A stretch of 62,944 bases of DNA, the filler included, from Lenisia limosa (lineage: Eukaryota > Protista > Breviatea), in assembly GCA_001655205.1 (NCBI GenBank). It is 11 parts of 11 records of this genome, joined end to end, with 100 filler letters (N's around TTAATTAATTAA, not from the genome) between each part and the next. Parts side by side here need not be neighbours in the genome. Positions count along the whole stretch, not along the records: positions 7,078 to 27,087 come from LPNZ01006231.1; positions 27,188 to 32,617 come from LPNZ01007509.1; positions 32,718 to 34,931 come from LPNZ01000752.1; positions 35,032 to 41,049 come from LPNZ01011465.1; 7 more parts are not named here. One strand, written 5' to 3'. The notes beneath the pieces were generated by a model. It ran no database searches, was not told where the DNA came from, and was given only the letters and a program-made list of their open reading frames with translations. Both the position numbers and the translations under genes were made by a program. Shown in pieces: positions 23,586 through 35,274 of this stretch (within the stretch, counting starts at the first letter, position 1; every line of letters begins with the position of its first letter).

Positions 23586-24907
23586 TTATTCATTTGAAGG
23601 CCTTTCAGTTGTTCTTGTCAGAGGGATTCCAGAAACTTGCAACATGGAGTCAAACCACTGGAACACACGGGGACGACACATCTCACTTGACTCAGTGTGA
23701 ACGGTTGTACCTAAAAGTCAACAAACAGCAATGCCAAACCAGCCGACTCTTGCTTCATAGAAGAATTTACAAGTAATTCCCCGAGTGGCTTTGAACTGCA
23801 TTTCCCTGATTCAATTATGATTACTATTATTCCCACAGTTGCAAATTTTATTCCTCACGAAACTTCGAATGACTGGATTTTCATGAGGCATATAGGAGTG
23901 AGAGCAGTCAGTTAGAGCTACACATCGCAAACGCTTTAAACAAGGTCCTGAAATGGTTACAGGACAGATCCTACCATAATAGTTCAACAAATGCGCAATA
24001 GCAGCACCCCCATAAGAATGAGCAACAAACACAATGTCCTTTGCTTCTGCTCTTTCAACAATATTCTTATACACATACACCTAATTTGTCAAGTTTTGTT
24101 TGATAGCATACAATATGGTCCAAAGGTTGTAAAGGACTTCTTAAAGATGAAGTAGATCTACGTGTAAAAAGGCAAAAATAACCTTTCCACTTTTTGCTTC
24201 TTGTTTCTAGGCTCTTTATGTCCACGTATGTCATTTGGGTTTAAAATCTAAAAAAAAATCAATTCTAAAATCTAAGCCAACCAAAGTACCCCAACCACGG
24301 TTATTGGCCTCCTACAACTATTAAATGAAGTTCAACCTGGTAACAGACTTTAATATAAGGTCCAACTGTTCCCATATCAAGAGAGTTATTTATACACAAA
24401 GCTCGAGCCCATTGACCACATCTCACAGCTCTAAGAGGTTCAACACGACGCAAGCAAGACCAACCCCATGCCTTGACAAATTACCATCAGCTTTTCTGAT
24501 TCCAAGCAATTTTTTGTTCCTAAAACAAAGGAACATTCTTCTTCTGCTTCTGCATCAACAGGACAGGATACATAATCTAGATCATATTTATCTTGAAGGT
24601 AAGCCTAAAATCAATAAATTCCTGATAAATTCAAGCCAAACCTGGACATACTGCTCAACAGTATCGCCCAATTTCTCATAGTGGTCTTGGTCTTCAAACT
24701 AAAATATAATACTTTTGAAAAGAGTCCGTCCAACTAGAACCAAGAACCCACCCATACCTCAAAACCATTGCCAGTTTTCAGACTAATCATTTTACCATTT
24801 TTGTTAAACTTGTATCCCAGCTCCCCTAGCTTGATTTTTCCAGTATTTAAAGAAAAGAATGGCTGAGATGGGGGTGTGGAAGCAGTTGAGAGAGAAGGAA
24901 GCTTCAT
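23586..24907 (-). CDS. FAM172A: FAM172A/Arb2-domain protein, 11 exons, ten GT-AG introns of 25-59 nt
   Basis: [71 protein letters not shown], CNW...S.KPL and SAGTTVH match FAM172A motifs; all phases are consistent. Confidence 0.92.
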
Positions 24908-25139
24908 AATGTGAGCAAGTGAGCACTGTTGTTTTTTTCAGGGTGGTTTAGGGGTCGGCAGACCGGGCCAAAATTTCCATTTAGGTAGCTACCCGAAGAA
25001 AAGCTTTCATACGGCGCCGTAAAGGCTTAAATCCGAGCCAACATACACCTTTATTCCCAATAGAGCCTGGAAGAAGCACTATTTTGAAGAATATTAGGTA
25101 TGAATTTGACAGTGAAACCTCTTGTTGCTCCTTTAGCTA

Positions 25140-26640
25140 AATTATACACCAATAATGATTCTACATCGTTTTCGAGGGTCTTTGGAAGACGACAATACTC
25201 TTTCACGCTCCCCATTTTTGTCAACAAAATCAGAGATCATGGCATATCTCAAAAAATCACTGATCAATGACATGCCTTTTTTTGCTCCACTCTTTGCTCC
25301 TGGGTTTGAGATTATGTTGGTTTATAATACAGAACAGTCGACTGATGGNNNNNNNNNNCATATCATGAATGTTTCATTACGTTTCTTAATTTTGTTTTAG
25401 CATTGGCCTTTATTACTGAAAAAATATTTCCTTGATCAGGTGTAACTTCCATCTAATGTGTTTAGCTTTGCTTGACTACAGACACTTCAAACCTCTCAAC
25501 CTCGGCTTCCGACGGCGGACGTTTACAATCTCTTACGGGAGAACATTGTCACCTCTAATGGTACGGCTTTTGATGATGAAGAAAGCTCAATTTGTGCATT
25601 TGTGATACTCCATGCAATCCCTTCTGTAATAATAAAACTAAATTCCAATATTGTTATCGGTTTTTGCTTTGTCTCATCATGAATATTGTTTCCTTCTCTT
25701 CTTCCCAGATTGATACTTTTTTTCAAAATCCCAGGGCATACAACCACCATCGTGGGAGAATTTACAAGGAAACAAAGTCGTATTCGATGCCACCTTTGTT
25801 GAAAATACAAAGCAGAAAAAATTGACAAGTATTGAGATTTCTAGACTTGATAAGGCCAAAAAAAATCAATCACAGACTGGAAAAAATATGCAGCCAAGAG
25901 AAGCACAAAGAACGCTGCCAACTACAACGTTTGATTTTTTTTTTTTTATCAAATGGGGATGTACTTGTTGTAACTCCTACCAAAGTAGTTTCTACCACCT
26001 CTATTAAAAATGGGATTTATTGTAACACTTTTCTTGACAAATCACTTTCCCCAAAAACAGATGTTATTTTCCCACCACAACCTCTGTGTCTTGGTGTTGG
26101 GATTGATGATGAGGAATTTTCTAGACTAAGCAACTGTGATTTTGAATCAGAGACCAGTGAAGTAGCGGCATTTTTTTTCTATTTTCAGAATTTTGACCGA
26201 TCAAATTTTTTTGCTTTTCCAGGTTTGAGTTCGATTAATAAGCTAAACGGTCTTTGAAAGCAGGTGAAAGAAAAATTGGCCCCCAAGAAGAACATAGTGA
26301 CCTTTATATTAAAAATACATGTAAGCCAGCTTTGGAACTGCATGACAGACTTGAGGCGGAGGAGTGCGTGAGACTCTGTGAAATAGTTGATATTCTTTTC
26401 GCTTTTAACAACACATTGCTTTTTGAGTGACGAAATGTTTCTTTCTTAGAGTCCTGATAATTGCAAAAGAAGTGCTTTGAAAAATGTTAACGGGCTTGAG
26501 GATCCAGAGAAGCCAACACCAGTGGAGATTTGTGATTTTCATACACAATTTGTTGATGAGCTAATGAAAATTCAGAAGATCAGTGAAATTAAAAACCCTC
26601 TTGAAATTTATAAAAAACTTATCTCACAATTTATTTGAAC
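25140..26640 (+). CDS. Multi-exon gene of unknown product with mini-introns (structure unresolved)
   Basis: Protein-like segments (AYLKKSLINDMPFFAPLFAPGFEIM; DVLVVTPTKVV; ALELHDRLEAEECVRLCEI; DFHTQFVDELMKIQK) are separated by 23-28-nt GT-starting stretches, some ending in TG. No single consistent model was obtained. Confidence 0.4.
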
Positions 26641-28140
26641 TGTCACTTTCTTTATCAAAAAAAGCTCACTGGAGAACGAGTCAAGAATGTCAATAGCATG
26701 TCAATTCAAATTAATCAGTGTAATGAGGCCGCATCGCTTTTAATAAGTTTTATGAGACTACTTGAACTTTCATCAGAAGTAATCGAAAAAACCGCTTTAT
26801 CCATATTAGTAAACCATGAGACAGTACAGCCCTTTTTTGTTCCAACCCCATCAAGGTGGTCAAAGATCGCTGATCACAAAAATTTTGAGATCTGATTATC
26901 AAACTTTTTTTAAAAAAATAAGTCCCCTGTTTGGCCCATTTCCTCATATTTGCCCATTATTTTTCTTCTTTAACGCAATTTTACGATATTTAGAACCATG
27001 TTAACATCATATTTGGCAATTTCCGAAAGAATAAAAAAAAATTACGAGTACGATAAATGTTGGACTTAAGTCATTTTTCAGTCTTATNNNNNNNNNNNNN
27101 NNNNNNNNNNNNNNNNNNNNNNNNNNNNNNNTTAATTAATTAANNNNNNNNNNNNNNNNNNNNNNNNNNNNNNNNNNNNNNNNNNNNTGTAGCCATAATC
27201 AGCAGAAGAGGATGGGAGATTGAAGTTCACCTATAAGGGTCAGAAACAATTAATGCGAGGTCAAAATAACAGTGTTTTAAAGGAACAGACATGGCACTGT
27301 TATATTTCATCACTTCCAGGGCTTTAATTTGGTCCGAAAAAGAATGGTAAAATATCGATATTATTTCTGGTTTTTTCGAGAAATTCAGTATATTTTGGGA
27401 CCGAAGGCAATCCCAAATCATAATCTATATAACGACTGTAGCCCCTCAAACCGTGCAGTTGAACGTCTGTCCTGGAAGAAGAACAGGAACAGTACAAGAG
27501 ACGGGAGAGGTCAGCGGTTTTGCGAGGTAATTTCCCATGAAGATTTCCATCGTAGTGGAGTCGGAGGTGAGGAGGGATCCCACATTTGACACGGAGAGAG
27601 TGGCCGTGTTATCTGAGAGGAAATAAGTATGACCACGTGAAAGGCAAATGATTGGTACTTATTATCTACAATTTAATATCTCTGATAAGCGTGATGGTGT
27701 AGACGGCACCTTTTTTTTATTTATATATATATATATTTCTATTGCTTTATGTACTACAACTTAAACTGAAATGAGAAATAATTGATAACAAAATTTGAAA
27801 CTGAAGTGTATAATTTTTCAAATGAATACCAAGACCACTAAAAATAAAACTGCGAAAAAAATCGGAAAAGTTCCCAAATTATTGAGGTTAAAATTTAGGT
27901 CTCCGAACTACAAACAATATAGCCCCACTCCCTAACCATCAGTCCTACCCCTCCTCTCACCATCATTGATAATGGGCTTGTTCATGGCCAAGTCAGCAAT
28001 GAGACATGTCTAAATGGTGAGATATGATACGTATGATAAGTATAATTTACACACTGGAATAACATTTTATGTATATATGATCGCAAATTTACACTGCATC
28101 ACACCAATCCAATCAACAACCAATTCGCCCCGTTGCTTAC

Positions 28141-31100
28141 CTCGAAATACATGATGGCCGACAACGGAGTGCCACCATCAGGAAGAATGGAGGTCTGAAC
28201 TGAGGTCATCGAGACCACTCCTAAGGGCATGGTTAAAGCAGGAAAATGGTCTCAGATTTTATCGTCTATTTTTACTTTCAAAATAGAATAAGTCCCAGCC
28301 CCCATCATTATCATAATAATACTATCACCTCCCCCCCCCCCCCCNNNNNNNNNNNNNNNNNNNNNNNNNNNNNNNNNNNNNNNNNNNNNNNNNNNNNNNN
28401 NNNNNNNNNNNNNNNNNNNNNNNNNNNNNNNNNNNNNNNNNNNNNNNNNNNNNNNNNNNNNNNNNNNNNNNNNNNNNTGGGCGTGATATCCGTCGGCCTG
28501 ATAAATAGTCCAAATTGCCGTCAAGCAGGATGTAGAACTGGATCTGATCGTAGATCAAAACGTCGCCGACGGTCTCTCCGAAGACATCTTGCGCACTCGT
28601 TCCAGGTGAGCCACTGGGACCGCCTAAAATAAAGGTGAAATATTGGAGAACGTAGGTTTTTGGAAGTTAAGATTTTTTTTTGATAATATGGAGGGGGGAT
28701 CGTTGAAATTACTATTCAGGTTAGCGTATAAATTCTACTCTAGTATACAGTATAATATATCGCAATGAGGAATATAACAAGGATGCCGCCGAAGCCGTCC
28801 ACATCATCACGATTATCAGAGATAATAGATTCTAGTAATATAAATTCACCTCATAATGTGCCTTACAACTCTGTACTAATATGCTTACTTGGTGAGGTAT
28901 AGTTGGGTTTGGCCATAGGCTCGGCTTCAATGAAGGACTTGACTTGGTTCTAAGCGATTAGTATAGCAAGATTTTCTTTCACTTCCTGTCATGTCCCTCC
29001 CAAATTAACCCCCCCCCCCNNNNNNNNNNNNNNNNNNNNNNNNNNNNNNNNNNNNNNNNNNNNNNNNNNNNNNNNNNNNNNNNNNNNNNNNNNNNNNNNN
29101 NNNNNNNNNNNNNNNNNNNNNNNNNNNNNNNNNNNNNCCAGAGCCGTCCATTTCGAGGACGTTGACATAGACATCCTCGGGGTCCGAGGGGTCCACGAAG
29201 CGCCAACGCAGCTGAAGGAGTTATAAGTGAGAAGATTGTGTGTTTTTGAAGTTGAGAGACTTAAAGGAGATATTAATTTGAGTTATATTATGTACGGCTT
29301 CCCTACGGTCCGAAACAGATAGGTAAAACATCGATATTTATCGAGGATTTATCGAGAAATTCAGTCTTTTTTGGGACCGTAGTAGCTATTCATCTACAAG
29401 ATGTCATTTGTTACTTCGTAGCTGAGTACAGTTTCCAAGCTTAATGAATAAACCGTTATACCTGGCTCCTGTGATCCACCCAGTGAAGAACGAATTTGCC
29501 GTTGGAGTGGCTGACAATAGGGGTTCGCTGGGAAATTCCGTCCATTTGGAAGACAACCTTCAATTGTGAGTATCGAAATATATCGATGATTAATCAAGAA
29601 ATTTAGAAAAGATAAGCCTGTTATCACAACCCCTCACGTCCTCCTCGCTTGCCCCTGCTCTTGGAAGTGGCCTGCCGTCTGCACGTCTCGCGGTACTGCG
29701 TGATCCGGTAACACGGTTGATTACCATGAACATTATGACGTCGTAGGTTGACAGCGCGTTGGACTGGGGGTGTAAATATGGAAAATAACTTGGGTGCGGG
29801 GTGCGGTAGAAGGCAAATAGACAAAAAACAACAACAACAAAAAAAAAAAACCAACAAAAAAAAAAAANNNNNNNNNNNNNNNNNNNNNNNNNNNNNNNNN
29901 NNNNNNNNNNNNNNNNNNNNNNNNNCTGGGAAGTGGTATATGGAAATTTATGAAACAAATATTCCTCCCCATGATGGAAAATAATATATTTCTATCATCC
30001 CCCCTCCCCCCAGAATATAAATAATCAAATAATAAGCTCAGAAAATAAATAATCAAATAATAAGCCCAGAAAATAATCAAATAATAAGCCCAGAAAATAA
30101 ATATCAAATATTAAGCCCAGAAAATAGTAACATAATATCACCAACCTCAGCCCAGGAAATGATGGTGTAGTCGCCCATAGTATCAACGGAAAGATCGTCG
30201 TTACTTACGGGGCCTCTGTAAACCAGGCCCGGAGTGCTGAACTCTCCGTCAAGATGGCTCTGGGGGGGTAAAATTGGAAAATATATGAAACATCATATCA
30301 AATGTGTACCAGGATTGGAATGATAGAATACCCCCTCTCACGTAGGTAGAAATGTAGATTTTCCTGTTTTCGAACGTGACGACAGAACCATCAGGGTCAG
30401 TGACATAGGCATGGCTGGCTACTTCACCGCTGGGATGTGAAAGGGGGAAAGAATTCGAATCTGAAGTCCATTTCTGAAGAAAATACAGTACCAATAAAAT
30501 GTAAAGTGATGAGGACAGGTTAGAAATGAGTAATTATACGATATAAGCAATATCTACGATACGAAACAAAAAATCAATTAAATCAATGGGGAAGGGTGTA
30601 GAACGTGAATTGATGGGAGAAGTTTAGGTGTAATAGATACTATTATGTACATCATATGGTATCAGATAATTGCAAATGATGAGGTAAAAAAGAATGTCTG
30701 ATAAACGTAGCCGTTTAGTCAGCCCTCACACCCCTTGGCAACAACGTGCTTGACGATCATCACGGGGGTGTTGGTGTGCTGAATTGGAGCTTCGAACTCG
30801 CCAAGGGTTGGGTTGAACACAGAGTACCTGGTCGGTAAGAAACGTTTAACAATATAAATCACTCTGGAATATCTGCATTTTAAATTATAAAGTAGAAACT
30901 TACATCTTTGCAATAAAACCAAAACTTGACTCATTGTAATTTGACAAATATCTAAACTTGCCAACCATATGTGGAATGTGGGGGGTTGGAGAAATTTGCC
31001 ATTTCTTGTAAAAAGCTTACCAAATATTTGAAAGGAACATTTTATCCGCCCAATTAGACTCGTCAACACCCTCTGAAGGAAGGCGTGTAAAGAAGAGAAC

Positions 31101-32423
31101 CGATTTTCCCTCGGGATGACCTGGCAGCCTGAAATGGTTAAACACAGCAACCTGTATGGTTGATTAAGAATTAGGGCTTTGAAAAAGATAGGTAACTCGA
31201 AATACATATAATTAGCTATATCATATATCATATTGATATGTCGGGCTTCCCTAGGGTCCGAAAAAGACCGGTAGAATATCGATATTTATCGAGGATTTTC
31301 GATAAATGCAGTCTTTTTGGGATCATAGGGAAGCCCTATTGATATGTGTTGAAAAAGGGGTTTTCATCTTAGTTGGTTGAAAAATGTACGGAAAGCTCAA
31401 AATGATGATGAAGAAAATAAATATGGTAAATCTGGTAAATATAATAAATATGGTAAATATGAATACAGCCGACAGCGAGGGTCGAGGGTCGGAAATATGA
31501 ATCTGGTGTAGATGATGAATATGATTAAGGTAGCGCTCCCTAAAAATAATTGAAAATTAATTGCAATATTTGAAGTGTGAGGCCTATTGTCATGGAAATT
31601 CCATTCAGAAACTTTAATTTAAAATTTTTTTAATCTCTTCAAAAAATTAATTACACGGAGCCCTAGATTAAGGATATGAATCTGGTGTTTGCCTACGGCG
31701 AGGGTCGAGGGTCGGAAATGACATCATTGGAATCGAACACGTCCTTGGGAGTTGTCCATTGGTCTTGAGTGTCATTGCGGTATTATGTCAATCACATTTC
31801 TATTGGAACAAGTGATAAAGACTTCCCACTTCCAATGTAGTAATATATGTTATAATAAATAATTACTGACCGCGAGGATATTATGCCTTATCACTTATCC
31901 AATTTACATGTTTATGTTCCGTTTTCTGTGGGTATTTAATGTTTGCAGTTTTACTGCCGGATCTTTATAATTTCCTGACGATCAGCCTACTTGCGTAATC
32001 CAGGGTGCTGTAGACGAGGGAAATGGCCTGAGGGAGGGACTTGGTCTGAATGGGTGAGGGAAGATTGAAAAAAAGGAGCATGAAAACATGGAGATTTAAT
32101 CCATTGGAGGATTAATCTACGGAGGATGGAATAAAGAGGCATGGGCAGCGGGGAGAGATATGATGATGAGGGGGAGACTTGGTCAAACAGCGGATTGAAA
32201 AATGAAGAGAAACAAGAAGCAGCAGAGGGAGGAAAAGCTGGTAGAAAGAGCATAAAACGGTGTAAATACGGTGAAACTGTGATAACGACTACGGAAACGC
32301 ACAAGCAGCAACAATCAAAGATATATAATATGTATAACTGAGATAAAAACGAGAAATAGCCAAAGCCCCAACCTCACCTCATCAATCATAGTCCAGGTAG
32401 CAATAGCCTTGAATGGACCTGAC
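28141..32423 (-). CDS. Large multi-exon, probably extracellular beta-rich protein (partial)
   Basis: A run of open GT-AG exons, e.g. QWTTPKDVFDSND, KWTSDSNSFPLSHPSGEVASHAYVTDPDGSVVTFENRKIYISTY, SHLDGEFSTPGLVYRGPVSNDDLSVDTMGDYTIISWAE, LRWRFVDPSDPEDVYVNVLEMDG. No family recognised. Confidence 0.4.
29295..29386. mobile_element. Family A MITE, subtype 2
   Basis: CGGCTTCCCTACGGTCCGAAACAG...CTTTTTTGGGACCGTAGTAGC-TA. Confidence 0.75.
30020..30122. repeat. Minisatellite of ~24-28-nt units (AAATAATCAAATAATAAGCCCAGA), about 4 copies
   Basis: Seen directly. Confidence 0.8.
31243..31336. mobile_element. Family A MITE, subtype 2
   Basis: GGGCTTCCCTAGGGTCCG...GGGATCATAGGGAAGCCC-TA. Confidence 0.78.
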
Positions 32424-32900
32424 CTGGGGGCGTGAGTATGAAATGAATTACAATAAGAAAATAACAAAGACATAATCAACTCTATTTGCGAGTATGTTTC
32501 CCGAGCATTTATGATTGCACAGTACTACACAAAAATACACACACATATATCGATATATAGTATAAACATCAAATATACTGTATATAGAAATAAGAAATAA
32601 AAAAATAAGGTTGTATCNNNNNNNNNNNNNNNNNNNNNNNNNNNNNNNNNNNNNNNNNNNNTTAATTAATTAANNNNNNNNNNNNNNNNNNNNNNNNNNN
32701 NNNNNNNNNNNNNNNNNAAACACCCCCCCCCCCCACAGCTAGTTTACTGTTCAAGACGTGGATGCTACGACGGCCTGATGACACCAAAAGATACTCACTC
32801 AGTCGGATCCGTTTCGTTGTCCTTGGGGGGTGAGGTTACAGTGGTGAGGGGAAAAAAGGTGTTGAGAATAAATGGTGGGGGTGGGGGTACGAATTTAGAC

Positions 32901-34931
32901 TAGATATTGACAAATCAATCATGAATGCCAACTTTGAAGGCTGCTTTGGCGCTGGAGGGAAGGGAGCTTCAGTTTTTGGGGCATCTGACACTGTTGAGAC
33001 CGAGTGCGACCGTTTTAGAGAGCTGAGGGTGCGGCAGAAGGCTTCTTGTCCGGTCTGGTCCGTGATCGGCCAAATGACCTTTTCAGAGTCGGAATCGGAG
33101 ACAAGGTCTGGGAAACTGTCTTGATCTAATGATCAGTAAAAACTTCATCTTTGGCAAATTTCATTGAGTGCAGTGACAATTTCAAAAATGAAGCTGAGAC
33201 AAGGTGATCTAATACTAATATATTTTATTTACAACACTTTGCCAAATTACAAACCTGAGTCATCTTCACTCGAAGTAACCAAAGGAGGAGAAGATAGTTC
33301 TAAATTGTAAAGACCAATTGAGACCAAGATTTGCCAAAAGAAGTAGATTAAAAATGATTCATACAGTCAGGTCAGTATCTAATTGCCGAAAATCGTTTGA
33401 GATATCCATTATGTTCATCATAAAATACCCTATTTGAAGCCTTTTATATTCATCAGTTCAAGCAATACCTATTAAAATACCCTATTTGAATGCAAGCCTT
33501 TTTCAGATCATAACCCCCTCCCACCTGAATCGTCATCTTCCATTGTCATAGATCCGGCTTCTGACTCTGTGACTAGGCTCGGAGGATACAGATCATCATG
33601 CTCACTGCTGGGCACTTGCATGTTCACGCCATCTGGTGTGACTTTGTGTCCATGCTCATCATAATCTACATGGCCATCCGGATCGGTTTCATAATCGGTG
33701 AGGTCGGGGAGGCTGTCAAAATCATTGTCAACATGCTCTTCTCTTTCTTCTCTTCGTTCTTCTCTTATTGTCGTCTCCATTTCGCCATCTTCAAGATCAG
33801 TCAGTTCAAAGAGTTCTGTATTGTCCTCATCATCTGCCTCGAAATCGCTGTAGTTCATCGTCTCAGCTTCTGCAAGGCCGTCTTCTGGAATAGAGTGTTC
33901 CATTCTTCCCTTCAGACTTCTACTAACTTCTTCTTCTTTAACGCTATCCTCCTCCTCTTTATTCTCTTCTTCCTCTTCTGCTACTGTTTCTATATTTTCT
34001 GCTTGCTTTTCTTCTTTATTGTCTCCCTCCACATCACATTTACTGTCTTTTGTACTTGCTTCTTCTTGAGCATCCCCACATTCTTCAAGACACACTTCTT
34101 TCTTGTCTTCCTCCATATTGGTCTCAGCATTATCCACTTGCTGGGTTATACTTGGTAACAGCGGTGGTGATAAGGGTGGTAAAGGTGTGGATGGAAGGGA
34201 AGAAGGTGGTGATGGAAGTGATGGGGGAACTAGTAAAGAATCTGGTGTTGAAGCGGGTAATGACGCAGTTTCTACAAGCGAGGGTTGAGGAAGCGGTTCA
34301 TCTGAAGGTGCATATGGCACTGGTGAAGTAGATTCCTCAGAGGTGAGAACACTGGAAGGGGTTTTGTCAGTCACTTCAACTGGGGGATCGGGCAAAGACG
34401 GTGCGCTCGGGTTTGACGGTGGAAGCGGATGACTCAATACGGACACATCGTGTTCGGGGCGGGCACCGTCGGAATCGGAATCAGCAAGGCTCGGAAGACC
34501 AGACTCGATTTCAGACCCGATAACGTCATCTCCCAGGCTGGACGAATAGAAGAGCGAGGGGGATGGAGGGTGTGAGTGTCGGTTCGGAACTTCGGAAGCG
34601 TCTAAGGCTCGGGACTGAGCCATTCGGTTCTCAATATCAACCATTGCCGCCGTGGTCTCCATGTCATTCTGCGGCTCTGGATACTCGGTTATGGGATCGT
34701 AGATAACAGGTGGAGGGCTGCCGTCCATGCTTGAGTCGCGGATAATGTCCTGAATTACATTGGAAGAGTCAAAAACCGGGAACCCGGGGATTCCAGATTC
34801 CAGTTCCTCTCTGGAAAGACCCTCGAACGGTGCAAACGGCCGGCGGGTAGAGGCACGCGGTGAGACATTGGCAGAAACCCAGGTATCTGGAGGCTCGGGT
34901 AGGGAGGGTGGGAGGTTTGTTTGGAGTTCAG
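32901..34931 (-). CDS. Long acidic/Pro-Ser-rich disordered protein (5' end in gap); exons 34931-~33525, 33299-33255, 33125-32901
   Basis: The frame is open from the scaffold edge for more than 460 codons. Phase-1 GT-AG junctions join it to ELSSPPLVTSSEDDS and DQDSFPDLVSDSDSEK.... Confidence 0.75.
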
Positions 34932-35100
34932 NNNNNNNNNNNNNNNNNNNNNNNNNNNNNNNNNNNNNNNNNNNNTTAATTAATTAANNNNNNNNNNNNN
35001 NNNNNNNNNNNNNNNNNNNNNNNNNNNNNNNTAAAACAAAAACTAGAAATACAATCAGAGCCAACATATTATCCACAATTTATGCACCTGTGAACAACTA

Positions 35101-35194
35101 GGGCTTCACTTCGGTTCTCAAAAAGACTAACTTCTCGATAAATCTTCGACAACTGTCGATATTTTGACGGTCTCTTTCGAACCAAAGTGAAGCC
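35101..35194. mobile_element. Family A MITE, subtype 1
   Basis: TA-GGGCTTCACTTCGGTTCTCAAAAAGAC...GTCTCTTTCGAACCAAAGTGAAGCC-TA. Confidence 0.8.
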
Positions 35195-35274
35195 TATGAG
35201 TAACAAACGATTTTGCTCCTAAATGAAAAACAAACAAAACCCCTCTGTGTCCCAAGACCCGTCCTCCACCTTAC

